Source: Eledone cirrhosa
Taxonomy: Eukaryota
Direction of reading: 5' to 3'
Length of the DNA stretch: 64,000 bases
NCBI GenBank assembly: GCA_964016885.1
Contig: OZ024754.1
Coordinates: 31,868,001-31,932,000, forward strand
Part shown: positions 1 to 13,671 of the stretch, piece after piece
How the letters are laid out: each line of letters begins with the position of its first letter
How positions within the stretch are numbered: position 1 is the stretch's first letter
The notes under the pieces: generated by a model
Databases searched by the model: none
Seen by the model: the letters and a program-made list of their open reading frames with translations, nothing else
Told to the model about the DNA's origin: nothing
Made by a program: the position numbers and the translations under genes

Positions 1-107
1 ATTTTCCATTGTTTCTGTCAAATGTATAGCCGCTCCAGCGTAAGAATTAATGGTTGTGTGGTTGTTGTGGAACACAAACCTATAAGTTAAAACATACAAC
101 TTAAAGG

Positions 108-151
<44 letters not shown>

Positions 152-258
152 ACATATAACTACCTGATTCTAGTGCATAAAAACAACTCTATTTCTTATA
201 TAACCACAGTTTAATCTCTCTAAATCTGTTATTTCAGGACACAACTTTGTAGAAAACA

Positions 259-1776
259 ATGAAGAGTTTATTTATCACAACTCTGGTATTATGCACTGTT
301 ATCCCTTTAAGGACAGTTAGCAGTGAAAATATTTTATATCTAGCATGGCCTTTTTATAGTCACATAAATCCGATGATTTCTATAGCAAACGAATTAACAA
401 AATATGGACATAAGAACTATTTTATTCTGAGTAAAAAACTCACTGAAACTTTCCACAACGAAAAATACATAATTTCCATTCCAATGGATGACATACCAGA
501 AATTGAAAAAATACGATCTGACGCACAGAAGCAGACTGAAACATCAAAACGTATTTATATGATGCGAAACAGATTGAAGAGATTTCCTATACTGTGTGAT
601 AGATTTTTAAACAATGAAAAGTGGATCGATTCACTGAGAGCCGTCAACGCCAGTTTAGTTGTTATCAACGGGTTGTTTTTTACGAATTGTCTTACAATTA
701 TTGCTTATCAACTCTCAATACCGTTTGTTATCACAGGATCTGAGATATTTCCCAGTATTCATCGTATTCCCTGGCTCCCCAGTTTTTTCCCAAATAGCAT
801 TATCGGATTCACGGACAAGATGACATATTTAGAAAAGATAATAACTACTTTGTTTTCTATTGTAGTGTATAGCATTCCTCCCATAGGATCAACTCCACAC
901 AGTATCAAAACATACGCTCAAGACAAACCTGATATCTCTTTGATAGATTTACTGCACCAGGCACAATTTTTTCTGATTGAAAAAGATATACTTTTAGATT
1001 TTCCTATACCCCAACTTCCAAACGTAAGATATGTTGGTGGTCTCGTTACAAAACATTCGCTACCCTTGAAGGGAGAATTACTGGAATTTGTAAATGCTTC
1101 TAAGAACGGAATAGTCCTTGTATCATTTGGCAGTAATATCGATGATTTCCCCGATGCTCAATTAGAAAAACTACAAAATGCTTTTAAACAAATAAAATAT
1201 GATGTTGTGTGGAGACAGAAGAAAACATCATTTTCTCATAAGAATATCTATCTCAGTAACTGGATACCACAAAATGACCTGCTTGGACATCCAAAAACTA
1301 AATTGTTTGTTACTCATTGTGGAAATAGTGGTCAGTTTGAAGCTTTGTTCCATGGTGTACCAATGCTAGGAATTCCCTTATTTGGTGATCAACATTATAA
1401 TGCACGTAGAATGACCACCAAAGGATATGGTGTTTCTCTAGACATAGAAAACTTTACTAGTGAGGAATTAATAGAAAAAATAAATGAATTGATTGAAAAT
1501 GATAAATATTCTAAGAACATTAAAAGAGCAAGTGAAATATTTCACTCTCGTCCCGAACATCCAGCAAAGAAATCAGCTCGCCATATTGATCATATTTTAA
1601 AGTATGGTGGAACATATCTAAAATCTCCATGTCAAGAGAGTCCATTGTATGAATTTCTCATGATCGATGTGTTGGTTCCTATATTTGCAGTGACATTTCT
1701 ATTGATATATTTCATATATCTGATTGGAAAAAAATGTTTATCTGTTTGTTGTAAGAAGAAGAGCAAAATTGATTAA
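259..1776 (+). CDS. UDP-glycosyltransferase (UGT, GT1 family), single coding exon, paralog A
   Basis: 505-aa ORF with signal peptide, catalytic His (YSHI), UGT signature WIPQNDLLGHPKTKLFVTHCG...GVPMLGIPLFGDQ, C-terminal TM helix and dilysine ER-retrieval tail KKKSKID. Splice acceptor ttatttcag ends at 237, just upstream of the ATG. Confidence 0.96.
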   Translation: MKSLFITTLVLCTVIPLRTVSSENILYLAWPFYSHINPMISIANELTKYGHKNYFILSKKLTETFHNEKYIISIPMDDIPEIEKIRSDAQKQTETSKRIYMMRNRLKRFPILCDRFLNNEKWIDSLRAVNASLVVINGLFFTNCLTIIAYQLSIPFVITGSEIFPSIHRIPWLPSFFPNSIIGFTDKMTYLEKIITTLFSIVVYSIPPIGSTPHSIKTYAQDKPDISLIDLLHQAQFFLIEKDILLDFPIPQLPNVRYVGGLVTKHSLPLKGELLEFVNASKNGIVLVSFGSNIDDFPDAQLEKLQNAFKQIKYDVVWRQKKTSFSHKNIYLSNWIPQNDLLGHPKTKLFVTHCGNSGQFEALFHGVPMLGIPLFGDQHYNARRMTTKGYGVSLDIENFTSEELIEKINELIENDKYSKNIKRASEIFHSRPEHPAKKSARHIDHILKYGGTYLKSPCQESPLYEFLMIDVLVPIFAVTFLLIYFIYLIGKKCLSVCCKKKSKID

Positions 1777-2076
1777 AATAATTTCTGTGTTAATATATAG
1801 TGTTGAGAATTCTATTATTTTGTATTATATGTTGTATGCTTCTTGCTCCTTTGCTCACACACGCCCAAAAGTGGGTGCAAACGAAAGAAAATAACAATCA
1901 ACACATATTGTGTAACTCAAGAATAGATATATTAACAGTTCGATATATTTATACATTACTAGGTACATCAAACGCTTTCAAATTCTTGTAAACAGGTCTT
2001 ATACACAAGCATCTGCAACTACTGAAAATGCAAAAATAACTCAAACTGCCAAACCCCCTTCACTCACTCTCTTTCT

Positions 2077-2417
<341 letters not shown>

Positions 2418-2962
2418 TATATATATAATCTTATAGAGTAAAATGACAGGAGACCTGACAGGTTGAATCCATTATTTCTGTAAACACTATGCGCATTTCA
2501 GTGGCCAGGTTGTATGAACCTAGTGACATCATCAGGTGTATATTGCATAATAGCTATATACCAAAGGAATGATTGTAAACCCATTCCAAAAGCAGAGAAA
2601 AATTTTTATTTTTTAATTTTTTACTCAAAGTCTGTTGTCAATTTAGCTGGTCGCCTATAAATATATTTCCAAAAGAATCCCGCAAATACAGGACAAATAC
2701 AATGGGAAAAACAACCCTGTAGTGGATAAATGTATTATTTTCAGGATGAATGAAAAAAAAAAAGAATAATGCCAGAATTGTGATGTTGACAATGTTTATT
2801 TTACAATAACAATATTCACTTGTTGGTACATTGAGCATCGAGTAATAAACTTATGGCAGCAATTATCACTACATTATTTGCTGGCTAGCGACTTCGAGCT
2901 AGCGTGTATGTATGTATCAATACAACGATATAATAAAAGTGAAATAAGAGGAAGACGAAAGA

Positions 2963-4176
2963 TTAGTGAAAAACATAAGTAAACCTACTGCGTGTATGTT
3001 TATGTTTGTCTAACACAATGTTACTGGAGAGGCATTTCCCGGATAGGGGGCAGTCAACCCGATTCCTACAATTACAGTTAGTACTAGCTACAGGGTTGCA
3101 CGTGATCCTACGGCTAGGTAATTTAGCTAAATTTGAAGCAGTGATGTTATGTGCAAGGTTAGGACTCATAGAGTAAGAAATGTTAATGGTATTTCTATAA
3201 AAAAATTTATTATATTTATGTGCTGGTGGGAAATGCTTCTTAATAAGGGAGAGAAAGATCTTAGCTAATGGTGTGGCCACCTCCATATTATATGGTGGGT
3301 TATACCATATAATGCGTCGGGATCTATTTTTCCTAGGTCTATGTTCATACTTGGTATATGCTACCATTGATGTCGAATTGGATAAAACGGCAATGTACCT
3401 TGTTGCATATGACGTTGAACTAATCAATCACCGCGAAAGAATTGTTCCACAGTGCAAGAGGGTCCAAGCTTCTAATTTCAAGTATAATTCTATCTAAAAT
3501 CCTTTTACTAAGTCTACCTAAATCGGACTTCGTAGGGTTAATAAGCACAATAGATGGATTGTTGGGGAAATTGGATTTGTGATCCTTCAGGGTAAAGTGG
3601 GGGAGAAATAGGCTCCAGAGGTTCAGTCCGGTTCAAAGGTTCAAGATGTGGTCATTGGCGTAGAGTATTTCCAGGGCTTCAGCGGAGCAGAGGTCAGGAA
3701 AAAGCGATCAATAAACAGGATAAATTTGGGTTTCAAACTTACAATAACCCTCCGAGTAACCCAGCATTGCTACCCTTCGAAAATGATGTCTTGGAACTCA
3801 TACGGAGTATCAAATTTCAGAATAGGAGCAATTCCTTCCAGCAGGACCTGAAGAATAGAATTCGTTCTATTAATGCCGTGCACGTCCACTCCGACAAAAC
3901 TGGCAAACTATATCAAGTGGAGCTCAGTACTTACCATCAACTGCTACATAATGCTGTAATTAAGGATTACCGTAAAACTAATCGGAGTGTCATTAATGAC
4001 ATCAACGATGTTGGGTTTAAAATCACCTCTGATCTCAACATCAGGATGTTGAGATCAGAGGTTACTCGGGGGGTTATTGTAAGTTTTAAACCCAAATTTA
4101 TCCTGTTTGTTGTTCGCTTTTTCCTGACCTTTGCGCCGCTGAAACCCTGGAAATACTCTACGCCAATGACCATATC
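2963..4176. mobile_element. Rearranged Penelope-like element fragments
   Basis: Minus strand reads RRIIWYNPPY...FLSLIKKHFP...CNCRNRVDCPLSGKCL (linker before the GIY-YIG domain) and FTLKDHK..NP..LINPTKS (RT N-terminus). Plus strand reads FENDVLELIRSIKF...SDKTGKLY. A ~115-bp inverted repeat lies at 3648-3761 and 4059-4172. Confidence 0.75.
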
Positions 4177-4294
4177 TTAAACAAAAAATCTGAGGCAATT
4201 TCGGCTTGTAAACATAACTTGAATAAAACTTTCCTGTATTACAGCTCCACATTATACCCTAACGGATACTACGAATAATACGCGGATAATTTAC

Positions 4295-4570
4295 GTCTTG
4301 ATGTGAGAACGTCTCCACGAACCAAAGTATCGTTTTCCTGTCTTCCTTCGGTTGCAACGTTTTTCGAAATATTTACTTCTGCGTTCACAGATTGATTTCT
4401 TTTAGTTTCAGAAGATCCCGTTAAGGGTGAAAGCAGCGATTCTTTGCTTAAACTTTAATCTGTTATTTTAATAAATATTTGCTCTACGATTCTTATATAT
4501 TTGATATATATTTATCCTTATCGAGCCCTCTTTGGATTTTAGTCTTCAAATTTATTATTATTACTATATA
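4295..4570 (+). repeat. Dispersed repeat family copy, probably a Penelope terminal region
   Basis: Homologous to 20200-20500 (+), 30330-30430 (-) and 59040-59480 (-). Copies abut (TA)n tracts and carry a degenerate NGAAGA-stem-GAAA motif. Confidence 0.6.
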
Positions 4571-4601
4571 TAAAGGGTATATACATATAAACTAGACGAA
4601 G

Positions 4602-4662
<61 letters not shown>

Positions 4663-5255
4663 TTTGGCAACCATTCACGGTCTGGCTCGATGATGAATTA
4701 ATTAAATAATTAATAATCAGAGCAATATATAAAATGTCAGTCCATAGAATCATTAGATAAAATATATACAGTATTTCTTCTCCCAATCAGCATAAATCAA
4801 CCACACAAAAAATCATTTAAACGAGACTATAAGTTTAAAATATACTTATGAAGAAACAATAGATAAATGATATAGCTTCTTATCCGCGATTTATAGCTAC
4901 CAAAAATTTACCTAGTATTTCTAATAGCCTGTAGAAATTGACTAGACACATAGTTAACCATACATAATTAGGTACAAAATCAAAGTTAGAAGAAAAAATG
5001 TACATAAACCTTACCAAAATCATCAAAATAGCTACCCCGGTGGTTTCATTCCATTTTTGGATATATCCGATCTTGGATAAATCAACGAGGTTTGGAAATC
5101 AGCAGGAGGGCTCAAACGACATGCAAAAGTACATGAACTCCAACAACAGCCAGCTATTGCCAGTGAATGTTTTGGTTGCCAACTCTGTGCAAGATATCTT
5201 AGATCATTGGCTGGGCTAAAAAGCCACATTCGATCGCAGCACTGTTAATTGTTAT

Positions 5256-5320
<65 letters not shown>

Positions 5321-5327
5321 GTATGTA

Positions 5328-5369
<42 letters not shown>

Positions 5370-5561
5370 CACATAAAAAAAATATATATATATATATTTT
5401 TCTTCCTCATAATCGTCTCTTTCTCCCTATCTTCATATGAAGGCCGTATGGTCTCCGTTTATTTTTGAGATTCGAAACCGATTCGGTAAAGGTAACTATA
5501 GTAAGTAAAGTTCATTTTTTAAAATTTATTTTGAAACTTTTTCATTATTTGCTAAACCTTG

Positions 5562-5632
<71 letters not shown>

Positions 5633-5777
5633 AAGGCGGGTAAAATCCCCGAGATCCATGAACGAGTTCTCTCCAGCGGTCTCTGTCCCTCATTATCGCT
5701 GCAATGTCCTGCGTCTCCAACAGACCAGTGTCTGTCCTTATATATATATTATTATTATTATTATTATTATTGTTATT

Positions 5778-5975
5778 ATTGGATTGGCAGTATCGGTAGA
5801 GGGTCGGACGCCATGCTTTGACGCATAGAGTTACGGCCCTTGCCATTCTGAGTTCAAATCCCGCCGTGATTAACTTTGCCTTTCATCCTTACGAGGTCGA
5901 TAAAATAAAGTACCAGTAATGCACTGAGTATTGCTGGCCTTGTGCCAAAAGTAGAAACAATTATTATTATTATTT
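5778..5975 (+). mobile_element. tRNA-derived SINE, the dominant family in this window
   Basis: A-box-like TGGCAGTATCGG, B-box GAGTTCAAATCCC, central GCCTTTCATCCTTACGGGGTCGATAAAATAAAGTACCAG (resembles the MetaSINE domain) and an (ATT)n tail. More than 12 copies in the window. Confidence 0.85.
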
Positions 5976-6237
5976 TTTCCGTGCAATAGCCATACTCGAT
6001 AACGAGGGGGCAGCCATTATGTATGTATGTGGGCATGTGTGTATGTATATATATGTGTGTATGTATGTATGTATGTATGTATGTATGTATGTATGTGTGT
6101 ATGAATGTATGTGTGTATTTATGTATGTGTGTATGTATGTATGTGTGCATGCATGTTTTCTCTTTCTCTTAATTTCGAGTATATTTTTTTTGACCGGCCA
6201 CCTTCCTGGTGGCAAGGTTGTAAAAGAAAAGAAATTG

Positions 6238-6965
6238 TCATCCCTTGAATCGCAAGAATGTTTTGCAAATTTTGAAGGTGCCAGCTATCGCAGCCATTTG
6301 TAGACTATGAATTAGGGAGCTGCGCTTTTTGTCCGCAAATCCAAGTTCGGTCATACTTTGGTCCAAGCGGGTTGGTATATAACCCGTAGCACCAATAATG
6401 ATGGGTATGAAGCTAAAGGTGTATCTTGGATACTGGATTTGTAAACTCCTCATCAATGGTCCGTAGATGTCCTCCTTCTCCTGTATTTTTCTGACAACGT
6501 TTACATCAAGTGGGCAGCTGATCTCCACAACAGAACACGTTTTCAATGTGTGGTCCCAAACTACAATATCAGGCCGGTTGTGCTTTAATTTGGTGGCAGT
6601 TTTTATTTTCAGGTTCCACCAGTATTCCTTAGTGCCATCTGTCTCAATATATTCTTCCTCGTTTGTTGTTAATTTTGTTTTCCGAAGTGCGTTCCAGATA
6701 GTTCTAGCTATCCCATCGTGTCTCATGGGGAGGTAGTAGCGAGATGACATTCTTTCGCAGCTGGCAACAATGTGGCTTACATCCTCGATCTTTGTTTTAC
6801 ATAGCCTACATTTATTGTCAGCTGCTGGCCCTCCTCTTTTGTGCAGCAGATATTTGGTAGGGAGTTCTTGTTCCTGTATTGCATAGAGATATCCCTCAAG
6901 GTGTGATGTCATAAACTTGTCGGAACTCCATGCTAGGCTTTTTGAGTGGTTTATTCCCTCTATGG
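6238..6965 (-). mobile_element. 3' fragment of an RLE-type non-LTR retrotransposon (R4/Dong/NeSL-like)
   Basis: AIQEQELPT, CCHC knuckle CRLC..E...HI...C, RHD, and RPD...VVEISCP...K restriction-like endonuclease motif. Flanked on both sides by (TATG)n. Confidence 0.85.
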
Positions 6966-7301
6966 TCTGTATGTGTGTATGTATGTATGTATGTGTGTAT
7001 GTATGTGTGTATCTATGTATGTGTATGTATGTTTGTGGGTATGTATGTATGTGGGTGTGTGTATGTATGTATGTGTGTGTGTGTGTATGTATGTGTGTAT
7101 GTGTGTATGTATGTATGTGTGTATGCATGTATGTATGTAAGTATTATGTACGTGTGTGTATGTATGTATATATGTATGAATGTGTATAGTAATAGAATAA
7201 TATACAAATGTCAGGAAAGGGAACAGTGTATGAGTCATGATATACATGTGTGCGTGTTTATGGAGGGGGATATTAGGTGTAGTGTTGGCGAATCTCAGGA
7301 C

Positions 7302-7476
7302 GCATGGAGGTTTTAAAGGTTGCAGTGTCTCGACAGCTAACAACTGATGCAGGTAGTTTTTTCCATGGAGATTTTAAAGGTTGCAGTGTCTCGACAGCTA
7401 ACAACTGATGCAGGTATTTTGTTCCATGGAGGTTTTAAAGGATGCAGTGTCTCGACAGCTAACAACTGACGCAGAC
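7302..7476. repeat. ~61-bp tandem repeat, about 3 copies
   Basis: catggaggttttaaaggttgcagtgtctcgacagctaacaactgatgcagg repeated three times. Confidence 0.85.
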
Positions 7477-7547
7477 AGTTTGTTCTTTCGATTGCAAGCC
7501 CAGTGCTCTAACCACTAAGCCATGCGCCTTCACACACACACACATAC

Positions 7548-7610
<63 letters not shown>

Positions 7611-7625
7611 TATATATATATATAT

Positions 7626-7772
<147 letters not shown>

Positions 7773-7785
7773 TATATATATATAT

Positions 7786-7834
<49 letters not shown>

Positions 7835-7851
7835 TATATATATATATATAT

Positions 7852-7896
<45 letters not shown>

Positions 7897-7933
7897 TATA
7901 TATATATAAATGTGTGTGTGTGTGTGTGTGTGT

Positions 7934-8060
7934 GAAGGCACATGGCTTAGTGGTTAGAGCATTGGGCTTGCAATCGAAAGGTTGTGAGTTCAATTCTCGG
8001 AGCGGGTGATGTGTTGTTTCCTTGAGCAAGACACTTTATTTCACGTTGCTCCAGTTTACT
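7934..8060 (+). mobile_element. tRNA-derived SINE head (second family, CORE-like)
   Basis: A box TGGCTTAGTGG, B-box-like GAGTTCAATTC, then CCTTGAGCAAGACACTT. A related copy lies at 50208-50325. Confidence 0.7.
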
Positions 8061-8516
8061 GTAGAAATGAGTACCGGCCTGCCCGCCCACCCAGTGGGAT
8101 GGTGTTATCTTATGGCTAAAACAGCACGACGTGCTGTGACCAGCGGCGCCGATTGGCGCCCGACAGACTGGTCGGTCAAGGTGATATATTTAGGTTTATT
8201 GGTTCACCACTGGATAGAACTGGTCATTCCGTATGGTCAACCTTGATGTAATATTATGGAGAGCACTCGACGTAATGCAACTCACCCGTCTTCGTTTGTG
8301 TTGTTGGTGGTGCGAGTACGGAGTTAATTATTATAAATAATAATATAGATATATAATTAATCAGATTATGTGTTGGTGTAACACCAACATTTCAGTGTAC
8401 AGGAGGGTCTGTTAACTCCGGAGTAAATTTATAAACAAGAGGTATAAGTCAACATTTCATAATTTACTTCTTTTATTACCGTTATATATATATTTCGGTG
8501 ATAACAGCTTTGACCT

Positions 8517-9223
8517 TATAACGGCGGCGAAGATTCGAAACCGAATCTGAGCTTTCCCGCCTCTGGGACAAGCCGTGGTAACTTGTTTACGCTCAAGAGA
8601 CTAACCCCTTGGGAGAGGCTAAACACAGGTCAGAGGTGTTTACGCCTGACAGAAAATAGGTCAGAGGATATATCCATCTTTCTGACTTGTTTACGCTTGG
8701 CAAACTAATCCCTTGGGAGACTAACCAAAGTTCAGAGGATATATCTATCCTTCTAACTTCAACTCTAGTAAATACAGGGGTTGTTAACGCCCCGACAGAA
8801 AAGCAGTGGATACAGACAAGACGAGTCTCATTTACAGGCTCTCGTGGGGAAAAAGCAGTCTACCACTTATTCTCACCTTCCTGGCCGATCGCTGACTCCT
8901 GCAATACAAATAAGTAAATATACTGATTCGCCGCACACACGCAATTCATAGTAAGTTCAACATTTGTACACGCACCATTCATTTCTGTTTACACATATTA
9001 TAATCGTATTCTGTGATATTTGAATTTACGTGGCTCGAAGAGCCACCAAATTATTGTAAGAATATTTTGTGTCAATTATTTTATCATTCAATATTCAAAT
9101 TGAATATTGTTGTAATAAAATAAACTTTGTAACAACACTCCTGGTATTTTTATTTACACCGAAACCACCATACCAACAGTTACATCCACTTGTCGTTACA
9201 ACCACACATAATATTCCGTTACA
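8517..9223 (+). repeat. 5' LTR (707 bp)
   Basis: Runs TATAACGG...CCGTTACA; direct repeat of 13672-14329. Confidence 0.93.
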
Positions 9224-9225
9224 AC

Positions 9226-9236
9226 TGGTGACCCCG
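9226..9236 (+). promoter_or_regulatory. Primer binding site, tRNA-Trp type
   Basis: TGGTGACCCCG, 2 nt after the LTR. Complementary to the tRNA-Trp 3' end (...CGGGGTCACCA), the same PBS start as in avian leukosis/sarcoma viruses. Confidence 0.8.
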
Positions 9237-9276
9237 TAAAACAAACACACAACCTTCTGATCATCCACAACAAACG

Positions 9277-9999
9277 ATGTCTCTAGCACACGACGATTCA
9301 TCAAAGGCAGAAATGGCAGTCAGGTCGACATTAAGGATTCCACCATTCTGGCTGCATGATCCAACACTGTGGTTCGCGCACATCGAAGCGCAGTTCGCAT
9401 CAAACCGGATCGTTAGCGAGGCATCCCGTCTCACACATGTCATCGGTTCGATGTCTCCGGAGATTATGAATGAGGTCCGAGACCTCATTTTAGCACCACC
9501 CGGCTCTGTGTCATATGACACGTTTAAAAGAACATTAGTTAAGCGGACGTCGGAGTCGCAGCAGAAGCGCTTGCACCAGCTCCTCATATCGGAGGAATTA
9601 GGAGATAAAAAACCGACGCAACTCCTACGGCGAATGAAGCAGCTCCTGGGTGAACATAAACTCCCGGATGAAATTTTCGAGCAACTCTTCCTCCAGCGTT
9701 TACCTTCTGCCACACAAGTTGTACTAGCATCCACCAGGGAGTCCACCACCATAGAAGAACTTGCCGAGCTGGCAGATAAGATCATGGAGGTACCACATCC
9801 GTACTCAACTTTAGCGAATGTGACGCCAGCCGTGCCTTCCACCAATCCTTTCCTTCAGCCCTCCAGTGCCACAGAGATGCCCGATCTACACCAGTTACTG
9901 GCACAGCAAGCAACACAGATACAGGCCTTGACGCAACAAATTCAGGCCTTGTCACTGGGCAACCCTGCCACGCGTCGGTCCAACAGTCGAACTCGCTGA
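9277..9999 (+). pseudogene. Gypsy gag, frameshifted or truncated near its 3' end
   Basis: IPPFW..DPTLWFAHIEAQF...EELGDKKPTQLLRRM, typical Gypsy gag N-terminal domain. Confidence 0.85.
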
Positions 10000-10049
10000 T
10001 TTGGTGGTCGCTCAAGAAGTCCCAGCGCATCTCGAGATTCACCAGAAAT

Positions 10050-13000
10050 GTGTTGGTACCACCAAAGATTCGGGAGACGAGCGCAAAAGTGCAGCCATCC
10101 CTGTTTATTTGTTTCGAAAACAAATCAGGGAAACGACACAGCCAGAAACTGAATGCGACAGACGTTTCTGGCCCTCATAACCAAAGTCGCCTATTTTTCA
10201 TTCAGGATCGTGTCACAGACACGCGTTTCCTGGTCGACACCGGTGCTGAAGTGAGCATCATCCCGGTTTCCTGCGTTCCTGGAAAAAGGAGAGAGACACC
10301 AGCCTGGCTCCAGGCGGTGAATCACTCACATATTCCGACCTACGGAGAACAGTCCCTGACACTAAATTTGGGACTACGCCGCACTTTCCAGTGGGTATTC
10401 GTTGTGGCTAAGCTGCCGACCCCTATTTTAGGAGCTGATTTTCTTCAGCACTTCTCGCTGCTAGTGGATCTGAAAAACCAACGACTCGTTGACAACTCCA
10501 CTGGTCTCGCTGTGTGCGGCATAGCCGCTAGGACAGCCACAGTCAGTCCAGTCATTTCACGATCGACAACAACAACCCGGCACAACCACATCATCAACAA
10601 ATACCCAGACGTAGCTCGACCACTATTCAACGCTTGCCCTGTAAAACATGATGTCACACACCACATAAAAACTCACGGCCCACCTGTCACTGCACGACCT
10701 AGAAGGTTACCACCAGACCGGCTAAATCCGTCAAACAAGAATTTCAGCACATGCTGGATCTCGGCATCATACGTCCGTCCAGCAGCAACTGGTCCTCACC
10801 CATACACTGTGTACCCAAGAAGTCGTCGAACGACTGGCGAATCTGTGGCGACTACCGTGCACTGAACAACTGCACCGTTCCTGACTCTTATCCAGTGCCT
10901 CATCTACAGGACTTCTCTAGCTCGCTGCACGGGGCTCGCATATTTTCGAAGATCGATCTTGTGCGAGCTTACAATCAGATACCCGTTGAGCCCACAGATA
11001 TTCCAAAGACCTTTGGAATGTTCGAATTTCTGCGTATGCCTTTCGGTTTGCGAAATGCAGCGCAGACATTCCAGCGATTCATCGATACAGTCACCAGGGG
11101 TCTACCTTTTGTATACGCATACATTAACGTCTTACTGGTGGCCAGCAGCTCCGATGAAGTACATGAGAAACACCTGGATCTCCTATTCACATGTTTGCGT
11201 GAATACGGAATCGTTATCAACCCCAGCAAATGTGAGTTCGGAGTTGCGTCCCTTCATTTTCTGGGACACATCATTGACAAAGATGGTATTCGCCCACTTA
11301 AGGAGAAAGTCAAATCCATCATTGATTTTCCACAACCTACATCTCTCTGCAAACTGCGAGAATTTCTTGGCCTGATAAACTTCTACAGAAGATTTATACC
11401 CCACTGTGCAGAGACAGCCCAACCACTCACAGATTTGCTGCGGCAGCGTACAACCAAAAACGCAAACATCAAGCTCAGCGAAAAAGAATGTACCGCTTTC
11501 GCTGAGTTGAAGAAAATGTTGTCCGAGGCTACAATGCTGAGTTACCCCAAACCTGACGCCCCAATGTGTTTATTAACTGATGCATCCGATTTCGGAGTTG
11601 GAGGTGTGCTTCAACAACTCTCTAGCGATATTTGGCGACCTGTATCTTTTTTCTCTAAGCGATTAAAACCCGCCGAAACTAAGTACAGCACATTCAGTCG
11701 TGAATTATTGGTAGCATACCTTGCTGTCAAGCATTTTCGACACATGCTAGAAGGTCGTGTGTTCTCTATATACACCGACCACAAACCACTAGTGTACGCG
11801 TTCAATGCCAAGCCTGACCGACACTCACCCAGGGAGGTCCGACATCTGGACTTCATTTCTCAGTACACTACTGTTATTCGGTACATTAAGGGTGCCACCA
11901 ACTCAGCAGCTGATGCCCTATCGTGCATGGAGCTTAACGCAATCCACACCACTGCCACTATCGACCTCTAGAGGATTGCAGCGGATCAACAGAATGACGA
12001 GGAACTGCTGCAACTCCGGAAATCATCCTTGAAATTGAAGGAATGCCCGCTGCCCTCTTCTTCGGGTTATATTTGGTGTGACATCTCCACAGGCCACGAG
12101 CGCCCATACGTGCCCCGAAAACATCGACGCGACGTTTTCTCGGCACTGAATTCTCTGACACATCCTGGCGTCCGCGCCACGCAGAAACTGATGGTTGCCC
12201 GCTTTGTGTGGCCCAACATCAACAAGGACACCCGCGAATGGGCTAGGAACTGCATCGCGTGCCAGAAGGCGAAAATTCACCGGCACATCAAAGCCCCGAT
12301 CAGTTCTTTCCCAACTCCTGATGCACGGTTCCATCATGTGCATATAGACATCGTTGGACCTTTGCCTCCTTCTCACAACTACACTCATCTTCTCACCTGT
12401 GTCGACCGATTTTCTCGCTGGCCAGAAGCTTTTCCCCTGACGGATATTACTGCGGAAACTGTCGCCAAAACGCTAGTGTTTCACTGGGTTTCGCGTTTCG
12501 GCACACCCGCGACCATCACTACGGATAGAGGACGTCAGTTTGATTCGCACCTATTTACCGAGCTGACTCGTCTCCTCGGGTGCAAACACATCCGTATAAC
12601 AGCGTATCACCCTGCCGCTAACGGCATGGTAGAACGCTTACACCGCCAGCTAAAATCATCTATCAAGGCTTACGAAGACTCCACTAACTGGTTCGAACAC
12701 CTCCCACTCATTCTTCTTGGTATTCGTTCCACTGTTAAGGAGGGAGTCGGACATTCTCCGGCTGAAATGGTGTATGGCACCGTACTCACTCTACCCGGAC
12801 AAATGATTGCTCCTGTTTCGCCACAAGAACTTCCAGACCCTACAAAATATGTGCACCGTTTACGGTCATCGATGTCGCATCTGTCTCCTTCAGCCCCTAA
12901 ACAACAGCACGTTACTTCACACATACCAAAAGACATCGATACATGGACGCATGTTTTCGTTAGAAATGACGGTATTCCATCGCAACTTCGTCCGCCGTAT

Positions 13001-13294
13001 TCCGGGCCCTATAAGGTGATACAGAAACGCCCTAAGTATTTCGTCCTAGACTTGAACGGGAAACGAAATACCGTCTCCATTGATCGTTTAAAAAAAGCGT
13101 TCATAGAACAGGAATTGCCACCAGTACCCACCGTTTCTCCAGCAGACTCACCAACAACTTTGTCCGACACAAACACGACAAATTCTGCACAACCCCGACA
13201 CACCAAATCCGGAAGAACAGTCCGATGGCCCACGCGATACGTACAAGTTTATCGGGTAAGTACAAATTATGCATCTGGTCGACATTTCGGCTAA
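10050..13294 (+). pseudogene. Gypsy pol (PR-RT-RNaseH-INT), disrupted
   Basis: Protease LVDTGAE; frameshift near 10730; RT with YIDD changed to YINV and a short deletion at [10 protein letters not shown]; RNase[21 protein letters not shown]; in-frame TAG at 11969-11971; integrase HPG..CxxC, HIDIVG, TDRG, GMVER. Confidence 0.9.
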
Positions 13295-13658
13295 TTTGTA
13301 CATTTCAACGAATCGGCCAATTTCTGTGGTCATGAACTATTGCTACACACAAATCAATTAACTCTGTGCATCACCCACATCAAAAGAACAGACAAAAGAA
13401 CATTTTTCCGTTTCTATAAAATGAACGAACTTTTAATCAACAAACTTTTCGTACGAACATTTTCAATTTTATGTAACATCACAGTACATTTTCCTGCATG
13501 TAAATTCCTTTCGCTTTGCATGTTTTCTTTCAAGTTTCCTGTTTGTAAATTACTTTCATGTGTTTTTTTATTTTTACTGATTTTCTTCAACAACACACCT
13601 AGTCATACCTATCTTCATTTCACATGCACCTAGATCGTTCAATCTTAGCTTTCTCACT

Positions 13659-13668
13659 GGAAGGGGGG
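13659..13668 (+). promoter_or_regulatory. Polypurine tract
   Basis: GGAAGGGGGG, 3 nt before the 3' LTR. Confidence 0.8.
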
Positions 13669-13671
13669 TAC

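Noticed and set aside
5778-5870. tRNA genes
   Set aside because: The A/B boxes belong to multi-copy SINE heads with body and tail; I could not fold a cloverleaf.
11969-11971. Programmed readthrough or frameshifting in Gypsy pol
   Set aside because: The RT catalytic motif is also destroyed and other indels exist, so decay is the simpler explanation.
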